Virus record (IMG/VR): IMGVR_UViG_3300025314_000006
DNA length: 64,000 bases
Source of the DNA: a virus
Lineage: Duplodnaviria > Caudoviricetes
Reading direction: 5' to 3' (one strand)
Shown: one piece after another, positions 1 to 9,574 of the stretch
Layout: every line of letters starts with the position of its first letter
How positions within the stretch are numbered: position 1 is the stretch's first letter
Translations under genes and position numbers: made by a program
Notes under the pieces: generated by a model
Databases searched by the model: none
The model's input: the letters and a program-made list of their open reading frames with translations, nothing else
Told to the model about the DNA's origin: nothing

Positions 1-3000
1 TTAAGTAATCCTTGTAAAACAGCTCCTTCAAATGATGTTGGAGAGGTTGTTCCAACATTTGGTTGAATAATTGAACTTTCCTCAGAACAAAGAGCTTTTA
101 ATGACTCAAGAGTAATTGGTCCAATTCCTTTCATTGAAGTACCGTCAAATCTCATTTTTATTCCCTCAAATGTTGTAGACATATCATTCGGTTTTATAGA
201 ATGTGTCACATTCATAATTTGATATAATCCAGAAAATATAGGGTGCTTTGCAACATGAAAATATTGCATAGGAGATATTTGTGCATTACCAATTACATCC
301 ACTTTCATTTTATAACTCCTTCCTTCCATTACAGATAAAATACTACAATCAGTTGTAACCACCTTATTTGAATTGTCTTTATCAACTAATCTTTGTAAAT
401 TTAAAATACTTTCAGCAGTAGGTCTTGATTCATCTGTAGAAACATCTATGTTTTTGACCACTGGATTATCTGGTGAACCAAAATTAATTTCAAAAGCATC
501 CATTTTTGAATTTTGTGCAACAGAAGTTAAACTTAATGATGTTCCATCATTTTCTTTTGTTCTATTTTCTGGAGTTGGAGTAAAGAGAACATGAAAAACA
601 TTGCCAATTTTTGGTTCTACATTATTTGATGGTTTAAAAATTTCAGATATGTTAGAATAATCAATATTTCCAGGAATTGGAATAAACATAAAATTGTTTT
701 TTGTACATAATTGTTGAATTATGTTCAATAAAGTTGTGTTTGCATTTGGTTTATAAAGCGAGTCAATATTTATTATTGAATGGGCGACATTTGTTAATAT
801 AGCCGGTGGATTTATTTTCTCCATCGGAAAATCATACTTAAATCCAGTTGATGAAGTTAATGTACCTAATGATGATTTTTCTCCAGGTAAATCTTCAACA
901 CTTCTCGATTTGGTTATTTTTCCACCTTCAATTTCTTCGATTATTGTACCATATTCTTTTTCTAAAGTATCAGCTATTGTTTTAGGTTCTATTGGTTGAT
1001 TTTTAGGTTTATTAGAGCCATCAGAAGACTTATTTGTATTAATACTTACGTTATCCATGCTATACCCCAAAACACCCCATTGGTGGAATATGTGATGCAT
1101 CTGAATGTATAAAGAGTTTTCATTAGATTGAGCCCTACCAAGTACTTGACTTAAAATATTGTTTTTCTCATCTTCAAGCTTGCTCATTCTATTTTCAATA
1201 TCAACACATATTTTTCTTAAAAATATTCTTTGGTTTTTGCCTCTAACATCAGTTGCGTTTTGTTTTGGTAAAAATAATCCCCACGTTAATCTCGGACTAT
1301 TATCATCTGTAATTTGAGAATAAGCAAGATATGTTACTCCATTTCCAATATTATCTTGATCTATAATTTTATAATAATAAACTCCTTTACCATCATTTAA
1401 CATAGAAACATCCGGATAGCCATCTAATAAAGGAATTGATTTTAAGTTTTGCAATTTTGAATAATCAAATACGGTACAAAATGGTATATGCGAATTTATT
1501 GTTTTTACTCTTTGAAATTCGTCTTTATTTTGTTCTTCATCAGAATTTCCATTAGATATTTTTACTACTCCTAACGGCTCTTCTGTTTCTTTGTGCTTTT
1601 TATCACTAAACTCTGAATCAGTATCACTATTTTGTACACCATCTATTGCTCCTTGATCAGATGATTTATCAAAAATAACAAAACTATATTTTATTTTGTT
1701 TAAAGGAGTGTCTGATAATGGATTTAAAAACGAATCTATTGACGTCAATGTTTTGTATGCGTCAATATCTGGAATCATCCATAATGTATTGTTGTTATAT
1801 AAATATTTAGCGGTGAAATCATCATAATTTATACTGTCAGAAATTTCTCTTGTATATGTTGCATCACTTCCTGGATAAAAAATTGATTTTGTATTTCCTG
1901 TTCCTAAAAAATTTTTAAACATAGAATCTACAGTTCCTAAAAATTCTTTTGACTCTCCAGTTCCTTTTGCAATAACTGCGTGTGTCTTTATTGTTTGTAT
2001 TGGAGTTTTTGATACTTTAACTATTTCGGTTTCTGTATTAGAATTTATTCCATACATATAAAGTCCTTCCCCATCTGAAGTAAGTAAATTATTTATAAAT
2101 CTACAAAACTTTTTAACATAACCATAATCTTCTGTTGTTAGGGATGAAAGAATCACATCTGTTATGTTTTTTAATTCTTTATCCGCAAGTTTTTCTATTT
2201 GATCTGGACTATCATCATCTAATCCTGATGTATTATAATCCCCAGGTTGATTAGAATCAAATGAGCGAGTTATAAAAGCTGCTATTCCAGAACGCACTAA
2301 AAGAGTTTCTAAAAATTGTTGTCCACTAGCATCTTTATATGGATTTGGACTTATAATTTCAAGATTATTAATTCTTGATATTATTTTATTTTCACTATTA
2401 TTTAATGCATCTTGATTTTGGCTTGATTGATTTTCTGCAATACCTTCACTAATTGCCGTTAAAAACCTTCTCACAAAACTCATTTCACATCCTTCTGTTT
2501 CTATTCCAGCTTCAGTGGCTGGAACTTGCTCTCCTTTACTATCAATAGTTAATGGAAAAAACTTACCAATCAACTTATCGCCATTAGGTAATTTATTTAA
2601 AATTCTTACTTTTTCATTTAGATTATAGCCATTATATCCAGCATCAAGTATTGAACCTAAAATGTACCCTCCGTCAGCAGCTAATCTTGAAAATACTTCT
2701 GAAATAGTGACTGCCCCCAATTGAGTTTCTGACGTTTGAAATAATCTCCTTTTTTTCTCAACTTCAATAAGATTAAGATTATCATCTATTTTTTTTAAAC
2801 CAGCTTTTACATCATTTTGAAAAGAAGTTGCAGAAGCATCAGCAAATTTTCCAGTTAAAGTTCCATTAGAATCGCTTCCTAAAATAGTCATATTTTTGGC
2901 AACACTATCCGGATTTCCTATTAATGCTATAATTTTTCTATGTTCAATATTTGATTGAGTAGGATTTCCCTTTAAAGATTTAAGAACCTCTTGAAATTTT

Positions 3001-3854
3001 GAACTGTTACCGGAGTCTTTTTCAAGACTTGGTGGAAGTTTAATTGTTATTATGGAAAATGCTGGCAAATCATTTTGTCCAGATACATTTTTTACTCTCG
3101 CTATTGTTGGTCTTCCTGCTACTTTTCCATTAATAACATCTCTTGGTTCAAAATCTTTATTAATTAAACCATCTATAGAGTTTATTTTTAATATAGAAAG
3201 TTGTTTTTGTAATTTATCATATTCTTTTGTTACTTGTTTTGTTTTTGTTTCTATAGTTTTACCTATTTTAATTATATCAAATATAGATTCAATTTTATTT
3301 TGTTTAGGAAGAATATTAGTGTTAGAATTAGCTTCGCCATTAACATCTCTTTTTAATCTTTTTTTTGCAAGAAGATATAAAAATGGAATATCCGCTAGGA
3401 ATCCAAATTGGTTAGGCACAAACGACGCCTTTATTTCATAACTTCCATCAGAAGAATTATATCTTGTATGAGTTTTTTTTAGATTCATTATCCAAACAAC
3501 CGGCTTACCAAGATAACCTTTAAATGTGAACCTAAATTTTGGTGGTGGCCAATCAAATAAAAGAGAATAGTCTAATTCACTTCCATTTCCATCAACATTA
3601 TCTAATTTTTCAAAAACAGTATTTCCATATAAATCCTTAAAGGTGATATCAATTATTGGTTGTAGAGACGTTTTTGTTTCTACTTGAATATCTATTATCC
3701 CAAAACCTTTATTTTCTCTCATCATTCCAACAGAAAAAGTTTTACTTCCCATTAAATCAACCACGCTATTTTTTAACAAAGGAATTGCCTCAAGCCTTAT
3801 ATCTAAATAAAGTTTGTCCATTTCTAAAAAAGTTGGAAGAGGTTGAAAGCTCAT
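1..3854 (-). CDS. Large baseplate hub/tail-associated protein (partial, runs off the window start)
   Basis: Not in the ORF track because it has no stop in the window. ATG at 3854 (MSFQPLPTFLEMDKLYL...FGIIDIQVETKTSLQPIIDITFKDLYGNTVFE...FDWPPPKFRFTFKGYLGKPV). The frame was open in every line spot-checked. C-terminal RSYKMKVDVIGNAQISPMQYF...VTHSIKPNDMSTTFEG resembles hub/late-control proteins of jumbo myophages. Confidence 0.7.
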   Translation of the reverse strand, partial: MSFQPLPTFLEMDKLYLDIRLEAIPLLKNSVVDLMGSKTFSVGMMRENKGFGIIDIQVETKTSLQPIIDITFKDLYGNTVFEKLDNVDGNGSELDYSLLFDWPPPKFRFTFKGYLGKPVVWIMNLKKTHTRYNSSDGSYEIKASFVPNQFGFLADIPFLYLLAKKRLKRDVNGEANSNTNILPKQNKIESIFDIIKIGKTIETKTKQVTKEYDKLQKQLSILKINSIDGLINKDFEPRDVINGKVAGRPTIARVKNVSGQNDLPAFSIITIKLPPSLEKDSGNSSKFQEVLKSLKGNPTQSNIEHRKIIALIGNPDSVAKNMTILGSDSNGTLTGKFADASATSFQNDVKAGLKKIDDNLNLIEVEKKRRLFQTSETQLGAVTISEVFSRLAADGGYILGSILDAGYNGYNLNEKVRILNKLPNGDKLIGKFFPLTIDSKGEQVPATEAGIETEGCEMSFVRRFLTAISEGIAENQSSQNQDALNNSENKIISRINNLEIISPNPYKDASGQQFLETLLVRSGIAAFITRSFDSNQPGDYNTSGLDDDSPDQIEKLADKELKNITDVILSSLTTEDYGYVKKFCRFINNLLTSDGEGLYMYGINSNTETEIVKVSKTPIQTIKTHAVIAKGTGESKEFLGTVDSMFKNFLGTGNTKSIFYPGSDATYTREISDSINYDDFTAKYLYNNNTLWMIPDIDAYKTLTSIDSFLNPLSDTPLNKIKYSFVIFDKSSDQGAIDGVQNSDTDSEFSDKKHKETEEPLGVVKISNGNSDEEQNKDEFQRVKTINSHIPFCTVFDYSKLQNLKSIPLLDGYPDVSMLNDGKGVYYYKIIDQDNIGNGVTYLAYSQITDDNSPRLTWGLFLPKQNATDVRGKNQRIFLRKICVDIENRMSKLEDEKNNILSQVLGRAQSNENSLYIQMHHIFHQWGVLGYSMDNVSINTNKSSDGSNKPKNQPIEPKTIADTLEKEYGTIIEEIEGGKITKSRSVEDLPGEKSSLGTLTSSTGFKYDFPMEKINPPAILTNVAHSIINIDSLYKPNANTTLLNIIQQLCTKNNFMFIPIPGNIDYSNISEIFKPSNNVEPKIGNVFHVLFTPTPENRTKENDGTSLSLTSVAQNSKMDAFEINFGSPDNPVVKNIDVSTDESRPTAESILNLQRLVDKDNSNKVVTTDCSILSVMEGRSYKMKVDVIGNAQISPMQYFHVAKHPIFSGLYQIMNVTHSIKPNDMSTTFEGIKMRFDGTSMKGIGPITLESLKALCSEESSIIQPNVGTTSPTSFEGAVLQGLL

Positions 3855-3855
3855 G

Positions 3856-4161
3856 TTATTTATTTTTTAGAATTACTACTTTTTGTTCATATTCTGTTTC
3901 TGCATCCCTAAGCGGAAATGCAACTCTAATTACTGTATTGTTGGGAATGTCAAATTCTAATGCATATTCCGGATTAGCTAATGAAATAAGCCAAGAGTAT
4001 GTGTCGTCATTGTATATATCAGCAGCAATGGTATCAAATCTCATCTTATCTGAATTATATATAACAAACTTATCAGTATCTCTTTTAGATATGGTAATTG
4101 CTGGTACGGTCATCATTTCTCTGTTGACAGTGATTAAATGTTTATATCTGCTGGTTGCCAT
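3856..4161 (-). CDS. Small baseplate wedge/tail protein, LysM-like (gp53/tail-X type)
   Basis: RFDTIAADIYNDDTYSWLISLANP...IPNNTVIRVAFP matches the LysM-like wedge pattern; lies between two baseplate genes. Confidence 0.65.
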   Translation of the reverse strand: MATSRYKHLITVNREMMTVPAITISKRDTDKFVIYNSDKMRFDTIAADIYNDDTYSWLISLANPEYALEFDIPNNTVIRVAFPLRDAETEYEQKVVILKNK

Positions 4162-4211
4162 TGTTTTAAAATTAACTTATTATTAATTAAAATAAATAAT
4201 AGAAAACTATT

Positions 4212-7200
4212 TTATTTTATTCTTGCTTGATAGAATCCTCCAATATCGTCAGCGAGAGGAGCATTACTTCCACTTGTAGACTCACCCCAATTTCCGACTA
4301 TGTTGAAACTCAGGGTCGCAACACACCACATAGGCTGAACTCGGCCACCAGAGCCATCTATAGACCAAGGTGAGTCATCATATGAAAACGAAATATTATT
4401 TATAATAACATCATAGTTGAACCAATCACCTAATTTTAAATGACTTACAGGTGGATATGTAAAAGAAAATCCTTTGCCAGAAGTATTTCTTGATGGTCTA
4501 GTAAGTTTGGATAAAAATTCCATTCTTGTTAAGAAATCTACTTTATCACCGGAAAAGAAAGCTGGCTGAAACATAAGATCTTTTTTCATTTCTTTTAATC
4601 TTTCTTTGGTTTCCTTAGTTTTTAAAGAAATGTCCCCAGAAGAATTAGTTTCTTCTCCACCTTTAATTAATTCTCTATAAATTTTTCCACCTTCATCTCC
4701 ATATTTACGATTTCCCACATTTGAAGAATTATCTTTTTGTTTAGCTTCTAAATTTGAAATTTCGGAATTCAATTCACTTATTTGAGATTTTAAAGTAGAA
4801 GTGTTTCCAACATCATCAGATGCTATAGCTAATAATTGAGCGTTATATTCAGATATTTGTTTCTTCTTATTTTTTATTTCTACTTCAATATTATCATTTG
4901 CTGTATTTATTCCATTTTCCGATTCAAAATGTTTACTAAAAGTTTCTGAATATGTTGTTGAATCTTCCCAATTAACACCAACATCAACAGTTTGAGAATA
5001 ATCAGTTAAAACAAAAAAGGATATGGAGCCTTCTCTATTTGAATTAGAATAAGTATAAATTGGCTCCGGTCTTCCAAGAAAATCTACCTTATTCCAATTT
5101 GCACTATCGCTATTTGAAAAAGACTTAACATATGGAGGAAAACTCATTGTATGATTAAGAGTAGAATCCCCATTTTGAATAGCGTAATTTTTTATTCTCA
5201 ATTCAAGGGTCCCAGCATCTTTACTTGGTTTATAGGGATTGGCTATTGTATATCTGGCATAAGCTTTTTTAGCATTTGGGTCAGCACTAATTAAAAATTT
5301 TTTAGTTCTTTGATTATAATTTTTAGATAAATCTATTCCTTCTGTTCCGGGAGCATTCTTTATTGTATTTATAATATGAGTAACGCCTCTTTCATGTTTA
5401 TTAAAATCAACAGCAATTGCATCTCCTGGAACTGTGTTTGACATCATAGAAATAGCCGTTCCTATTTCTCCATTTGTTGGTTTTAACAATTGTGTAACAG
5501 GAGATATTCCATCAGAATATTCCCCCGGAGATTGTAATCCTACATATGTTCCACCCTTAGCGCTAACTACTCCTGCTGGAGTTGAATTAGTAGATAATAC
5601 TTTTTCGTTTTTAAGCGTACTGTTAGATAATGATAACAGCTCTTTAAACCCTCCAGCGTTATGTCCATTTAATATACTGTATCCATCTAATAAATCATCA
5701 TATCTATTCCTGAAAACATTTTTCTGTAAATTATAAAGTTGAGCAGCATTGGTTATTTTCGCTAAAGGAATTCCAGAATCTGGTTTTGTTTCAAGCCCAT
5801 AAATTGGTTTTAAATTTTTGGTTGCGTCAAGTATTGTTCCTTTAAATTTCATAAGCTCTCTTATTGGAGCGCTCATAATTTCTAAATTAGATACACCTAC
5901 AAATGTGCTTGTTCCTCCCATCATTAAAGAAGTACCAAGACCATTAGAATTTCCATTTTTTGTTAATAAATTATGTCTAGTAGCATTTGCAATAGTTATT
6001 ATAGTATTTGGTCTATCAACATTTTTAGATAATAGAGAATTTCTTGTACCTACAGAATCAGATTCTAAGCTTAAATATTGAGGAACATTTGCTGATAATA
6101 AATCATTTCTTATACTTAATGAATTCTGATCTAAATCAATATTATTTACGACATTACTCGCCAATAATGCATTTCTTGAAATTAGTGCATCTCCATCTAA
6201 ATCAATAACTACAGGAACGTTTGCAGCAAGAAGAGCTCCTCTCGGAACCGCAGATAAAACATCTAAATCTGTATTTGACGGAACATTACTAGATAATAAT
6301 GTGTCTCTTAGAATTATTGAATTAGCGTCCAAATCAATATTGTTTGGTACATTGCTTGCCAATAATGAATCTCTTGGAATTACTGAATTTGCGTCTAAGT
6401 CAATATTATTTGGAACATTACTTGCTAATAGCGTGTTTCTTGGAGCAGTTGAGTTCGCATCTAAATCGATATTCACTGGAACGTTGTTTGCCAATAATGT
6501 ATTTCTCGGAACAGTTGAGTTTGCATCTAAATCTATATTCGCTGGAACGTTACTTGATAACAAATTTTCTCTTGCAGTTGTTGAGTTAGAATCTAAGTTA
6601 GTATTCGCTGGCACATTACTTGCTAATAATGAATCTCTTGGAACAGTTGAGCTTGCATCTAAATCTATATTCGCTGGAACGTTACTTGATAACAAATTTT
6701 CTCTCGTAGTCGTTGAGTTCGAATCTAAATTAACATTCGCTGTCACATTTGCTGAAAGTAATCCATCTCTTGTAATTGTTGAGTTCGCGTCTAAATTAAC
6801 TTTTGACGGCACATTTGATGATAGTAAACTTTCTCTTGTTACTGTCGACTTTGAATCTAAATTAATATTCGGTGCCACATTTGATGACAATAAACTATCT
6901 CTTGTAGCTGTTGAATTTGCGTCTAAATTAGCACTTATAGGAACATTTGACGACAACAAACTATCCCTTGAGATTGTTGAGTTTGCGTCTAAATCAATTT
7001 TTGATTGTACATTTGATAACAACAAGCTATCCCTTATGGCGGTTGAATTTGCATCTAAGTCAATTTTTTTAGATACATTACTCGATAATAAATTATCTCT
7101 TGTAGAAACTGCAGATAAATCAAGATTTATGTTTTTCTCTATATTTTTAAATTCCTGAGCTTCTCTGAACTGGGATGAATCTTTGTCGATATCAATTTTA

Positions 7201-7862
7201 CCTTCAATATTTTTAGATAAGGAAGCATTTCTTAATTTTAAAGACTCATTATCAATATTGATGTTGGACTTAATATTTGAGCCCAACATTTCTTCTCTTG
7301 TTGATATTGCTTTTGATTCTAAGTCTAAATTAGCCGGCACATTGCTCGATAATAAATTCTCTCTTACGCTAACAGATTTATCATCAAGATTTATCTTTTT
7401 CTCTACGTTATGAGAAATATTTGAATTTCTTGCATCTTTTGATTGAATATCTAAATTTGTTTCATGAGGAATGTTTTTTGATAATAGATTTTCTCTCACT
7501 GAGTCAGATAACTCTTCTAATCCAACAGAAGATTTAAGTAAACTATTTTTTGAAATTTGTGATTGTCTATAATTTTCTCCAGATATGTCTAAATCGATTT
7601 GTTTTTCTACATGTTTAGAAATCATTGTATTTCTGATGTTTGTAGAATTTTCATCAAGATTCGCTGTAAAAGTTGACTCGTTTTTTGCGAGCATTGTTTT
7701 TCTCGTTTCTGTATACAAAACATCATAAAGATTCTCCGGCCTCTTTACGTTTTTTGACAAAAGGGTTTTTCTAACTTCAGCAGAATATTGTCCAAAGAAG
7801 TGTTCTAACTTCTCACGAGCTTGTTGTTCTTCAAATGTTTCGTCATAATATTCTGTTGACAT
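4212..7862 (-). CDS. Baseplate/tail-tube-initiator-like protein with a long N-terminal 22-aa repeat region
   Basis: C-terminal FPPYVKSFSNSDSANWNKVDFLGRPEPIYTYSNSNREGSISF and VIINNISFSYDDSPW motifs typical of tube-initiator/hub proteins; 1216 aa. Confidence 0.6.
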   Translation of the reverse strand: MSTEYYDETFEEQQAREKLEHFFGQYSAEVRKTLLSKNVKRPENLYDVLYTETRKTMLAKNESTFTANLDENSTNIRNTMISKHVEKQIDLDISGENYRQSQISKNSLLKSSVGLEELSDSVRENLLSKNIPHETNLDIQSKDARNSNISHNVEKKINLDDKSVSVRENLLSSNVPANLDLESKAISTREEMLGSNIKSNINIDNESLKLRNASLSKNIEGKIDIDKDSSQFREAQEFKNIEKNINLDLSAVSTRDNLLSSNVSKKIDLDANSTAIRDSLLLSNVQSKIDLDANSTISRDSLLSSNVPISANLDANSTATRDSLLSSNVAPNINLDSKSTVTRESLLSSNVPSKVNLDANSTITRDGLLSANVTANVNLDSNSTTTRENLLSSNVPANIDLDASSTVPRDSLLASNVPANTNLDSNSTTARENLLSSNVPANIDLDANSTVPRNTLLANNVPVNIDLDANSTAPRNTLLASNVPNNIDLDANSVIPRDSLLASNVPNNIDLDANSIILRDTLLSSNVPSNTDLDVLSAVPRGALLAANVPVVIDLDGDALISRNALLASNVVNNIDLDQNSLSIRNDLLSANVPQYLSLESDSVGTRNSLLSKNVDRPNTIITIANATRHNLLTKNGNSNGLGTSLMMGGTSTFVGVSNLEIMSAPIRELMKFKGTILDATKNLKPIYGLETKPDSGIPLAKITNAAQLYNLQKNVFRNRYDDLLDGYSILNGHNAGGFKELLSLSNSTLKNEKVLSTNSTPAGVVSAKGGTYVGLQSPGEYSDGISPVTQLLKPTNGEIGTAISMMSNTVPGDAIAVDFNKHERGVTHIINTIKNAPGTEGIDLSKNYNQRTKKFLISADPNAKKAYARYTIANPYKPSKDAGTLELRIKNYAIQNGDSTLNHTMSFPPYVKSFSNSDSANWNKVDFLGRPEPIYTYSNSNREGSISFFVLTDYSQTVDVGVNWEDSTTYSETFSKHFESENGINTANDNIEVEIKNKKKQISEYNAQLLAIASDDVGNTSTLKSQISELNSEISNLEAKQKDNSSNVGNRKYGDEGGKIYRELIKGGEETNSSGDISLKTKETKERLKEMKKDLMFQPAFFSGDKVDFLTRMEFLSKLTRPSRNTSGKGFSFTYPPVSHLKLGDWFNYDVIINNISFSYDDSPWSIDGSGGRVQPMWCVATLSFNIVGNWGESTSGSNAPLADDIGGFYQARIK
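5955..7790 (-). repeat. Coding tandem repeat, 66 bp / 22 aa, about 23 clear plus several degenerate units
   Basis: Consensus VPxNIDLDxNSxxxRxxLLSxN read directly from the translation. Confidence 0.9.
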
Positions 7863-8083
7863 AATAAAAATCTTTTATTTAAATTAAATAGGAATGGATA
7901 ATTTTTTGAGATTGAGATTGTTTTAGGAAATTATGAATTGGGAATTTGATTTTTTGATGGTGATAAACAGTTTTTTGGGGATTTTACGGCTCGGTAATGG
8001 GTGGATTTTACATTTTTATTTTGCTGAGCTTGACATGTTAGGATTTTTCTTATATATTTACATGAAACATAAATGATTTATAA

Positions 8084-8287
8084 ATGGAAACTATAAAAAA
8101 ACAAAAAAGAGTTTTTAACTTTAATTTACCAGATGATCTAAGAGAGTATCTTAAATATAAAGCTAGTTTAAAAAGAACAACAATATCACAACACATTATT
8201 GATTTAATTGTTTCTGATATGGAAATTGAGAAACAAAAAATAACTAAAAATATTAATTGGGGAATAAACAATGAAAGTAAAAACTAA
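8084..8287 (+). CDS. Ribbon-helix-helix (CopG/Arc-like) DNA-binding protein
   Basis: KRVFNFNLPDDLREYLKYKASLKRTTISQHIIDLI has the strand-helix-helix pattern; overlaps the start of the next gene. Confidence 0.65.
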   Translation: METIKKQKRVFNFNLPDDLREYLKYKASLKRTTISQHIIDLIVSDMEIEKQKITKNINWGINNESKN

Positions 8288-9572
8288 ATTCACACTAAAT
8301 GAAGTATTAGACACTTTAAAAGAAAAGAAACTCAATAGAGACGAGTATTCGTTATTGTATAGTAGCTATGAAACACAGATTGGCAAAGATGGTTATCTGC
8401 AATTCAAATTAACAGAAAAAGATAATTGGAAAAATGTTCATACGCTCGTTAATCAATATTTTAATTCGGAAGAGCACGATAAAAAACATATAGAGCTAAT
8501 AGAAACTAAAATCGAAAAATGTTTAGTGACTCATCATGTTAATTTTTTTGAGAAAGAAAACAAGATAAATAATCATCCGGATAACTTATTGTGGTTAGGA
8601 CTGGATGAACATAGGATTTTACATGAGAAAATAATGTGTGAGGTAGTTGACAAAATGTGGAATCCCGAAAATACTGAATACTGTAATTTTGAAGTGCAGA
8701 GAGAAAAAATAAAATTAGCAGCATCTGAAAATGGTAGAAAGCATTTTGAAATATTGTGGCACGGAGAAAATAATGAAGAGTTTAGAGCAAAAATATTACC
8801 TATTCTAATCGAAAATGGTAAAAAAATAATGAATGAAAATTGGCATGGAGAAAATAGTGAAGTGTTTAGAGAAAAAATGAAATTAATCAAGAGTGAAAAC
8901 AATTATGAATTATGGCACGGAGAAAATAGTGAAGTGTTTAGAACTAAAATATTACCTACTCAAATTGAGAATGGGAAAAAAATAATGAATGAAAGATGGC
9001 ATGGAGAAAATAATGAAGAGTACAGAAAAAAAATGAAATTAATCCGTAGTGAAAATAATTATGAATTATGGCACGGAGAAAATAATAAAGAGTTTAGAAC
9101 AAAAATGAAACCATTTCAAATCGAATCTGGCAAAAAAGTAATGAAGGAATTATGGCATGGAGAAAACAACGAAGAATTCAGAGAAAAAATGTTAACTGTT
9201 GCTATAAATAATATTTCTGAACATAATGATACTTTTTGGAATGGTGAAGATAATAAATTAAGAAGAAAAGAGCAGAGCGAAAGAATAAAGGGAATATCAG
9301 AAAATTTTTGGTACGGAGAAAATAATGAAGAAAATCGTAAAAATCATGCAGAGAGATTGTCGAAAAGAAATGCTGACCCAGAACATAAACGAAAAGTAAT
9401 AGAAGGTAAGATATTTAAAATTTTCAAAAAAATATTAGAAGCAGGAGAAGAAATCTCAAATGAAACTTTCATTAAATACAAATTTAATGGAGCTCCATAC
9501 CCAATAACTGTTTTTGGTTCTATAGAAATTGCTATAGAAAAACTAAAAGATTATCATGAAAAGGTTAAATAA
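8271..9572 (+). CDS. HNH homing-endonuclease-like protein with WHGEN repeats
   Basis: HHVNFFEKENKINNHPDNLLWLGLDEHRILH is an HNH motif; inserted opposite to the flanking tail genes. Confidence 0.7.
   Translation: MKVKTKFTLNEVLDTLKEKKLNRDEYSLLYSSYETQIGKDGYLQFKLTEKDNWKNVHTLVNQYFNSEEHDKKHIELIETKIEKCLVTHHVNFFEKENKINNHPDNLLWLGLDEHRILHEKIMCEVVDKMWNPENTEYCNFEVQREKIKLAASENGRKHFEILWHGENNEEFRAKILPILIENGKKIMNENWHGENSEVFREKMKLIKSENNYELWHGENSEVFRTKILPTQIENGKKIMNERWHGENNEEYRKKMKLIRSENNYELWHGENNKEFRTKMKPFQIESGKKVMKELWHGENNEEFREKMLTVAINNISEHNDTFWNGEDNKLRRKEQSERIKGISENFWYGENNEENRKNHAERLSKRNADPEHKRKVIEGKIFKIFKKILEAGEEISNETFIKYKFNGAPYPITVFGSIEIAIEKLKDYHEKVK
8757..9340 (+). repeat. Coding repeat: eight W(H/N/Y)GE(N/D) units, mostly alternating 28 and 24 aa
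   Basis: Recurrent TGGCA(C/T)GGAGAAAA(T/C)A in the DNA; WHGENNEEFR-type motif in the protein. Confidence 0.9.
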
Positions 9573-9574
9573 CA

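Noticed and set aside
5434-7413. Plus-strand ORFs 5434..5736, 5818..6081, 6301..7158, 6344..6589, 7183..7413
   Set aside because: Antisense shadows of the repeat-rich 4212..7862 gene; their periodicity simply mirrors the 66-bp repeat.
7890-8040. Strongly G/T-skewed intergenic stretch with two GGATTTTAC copies
   Set aside because: No ORF, stable hairpin or recognisable RNA motif; too little to call an origin or ncRNA.
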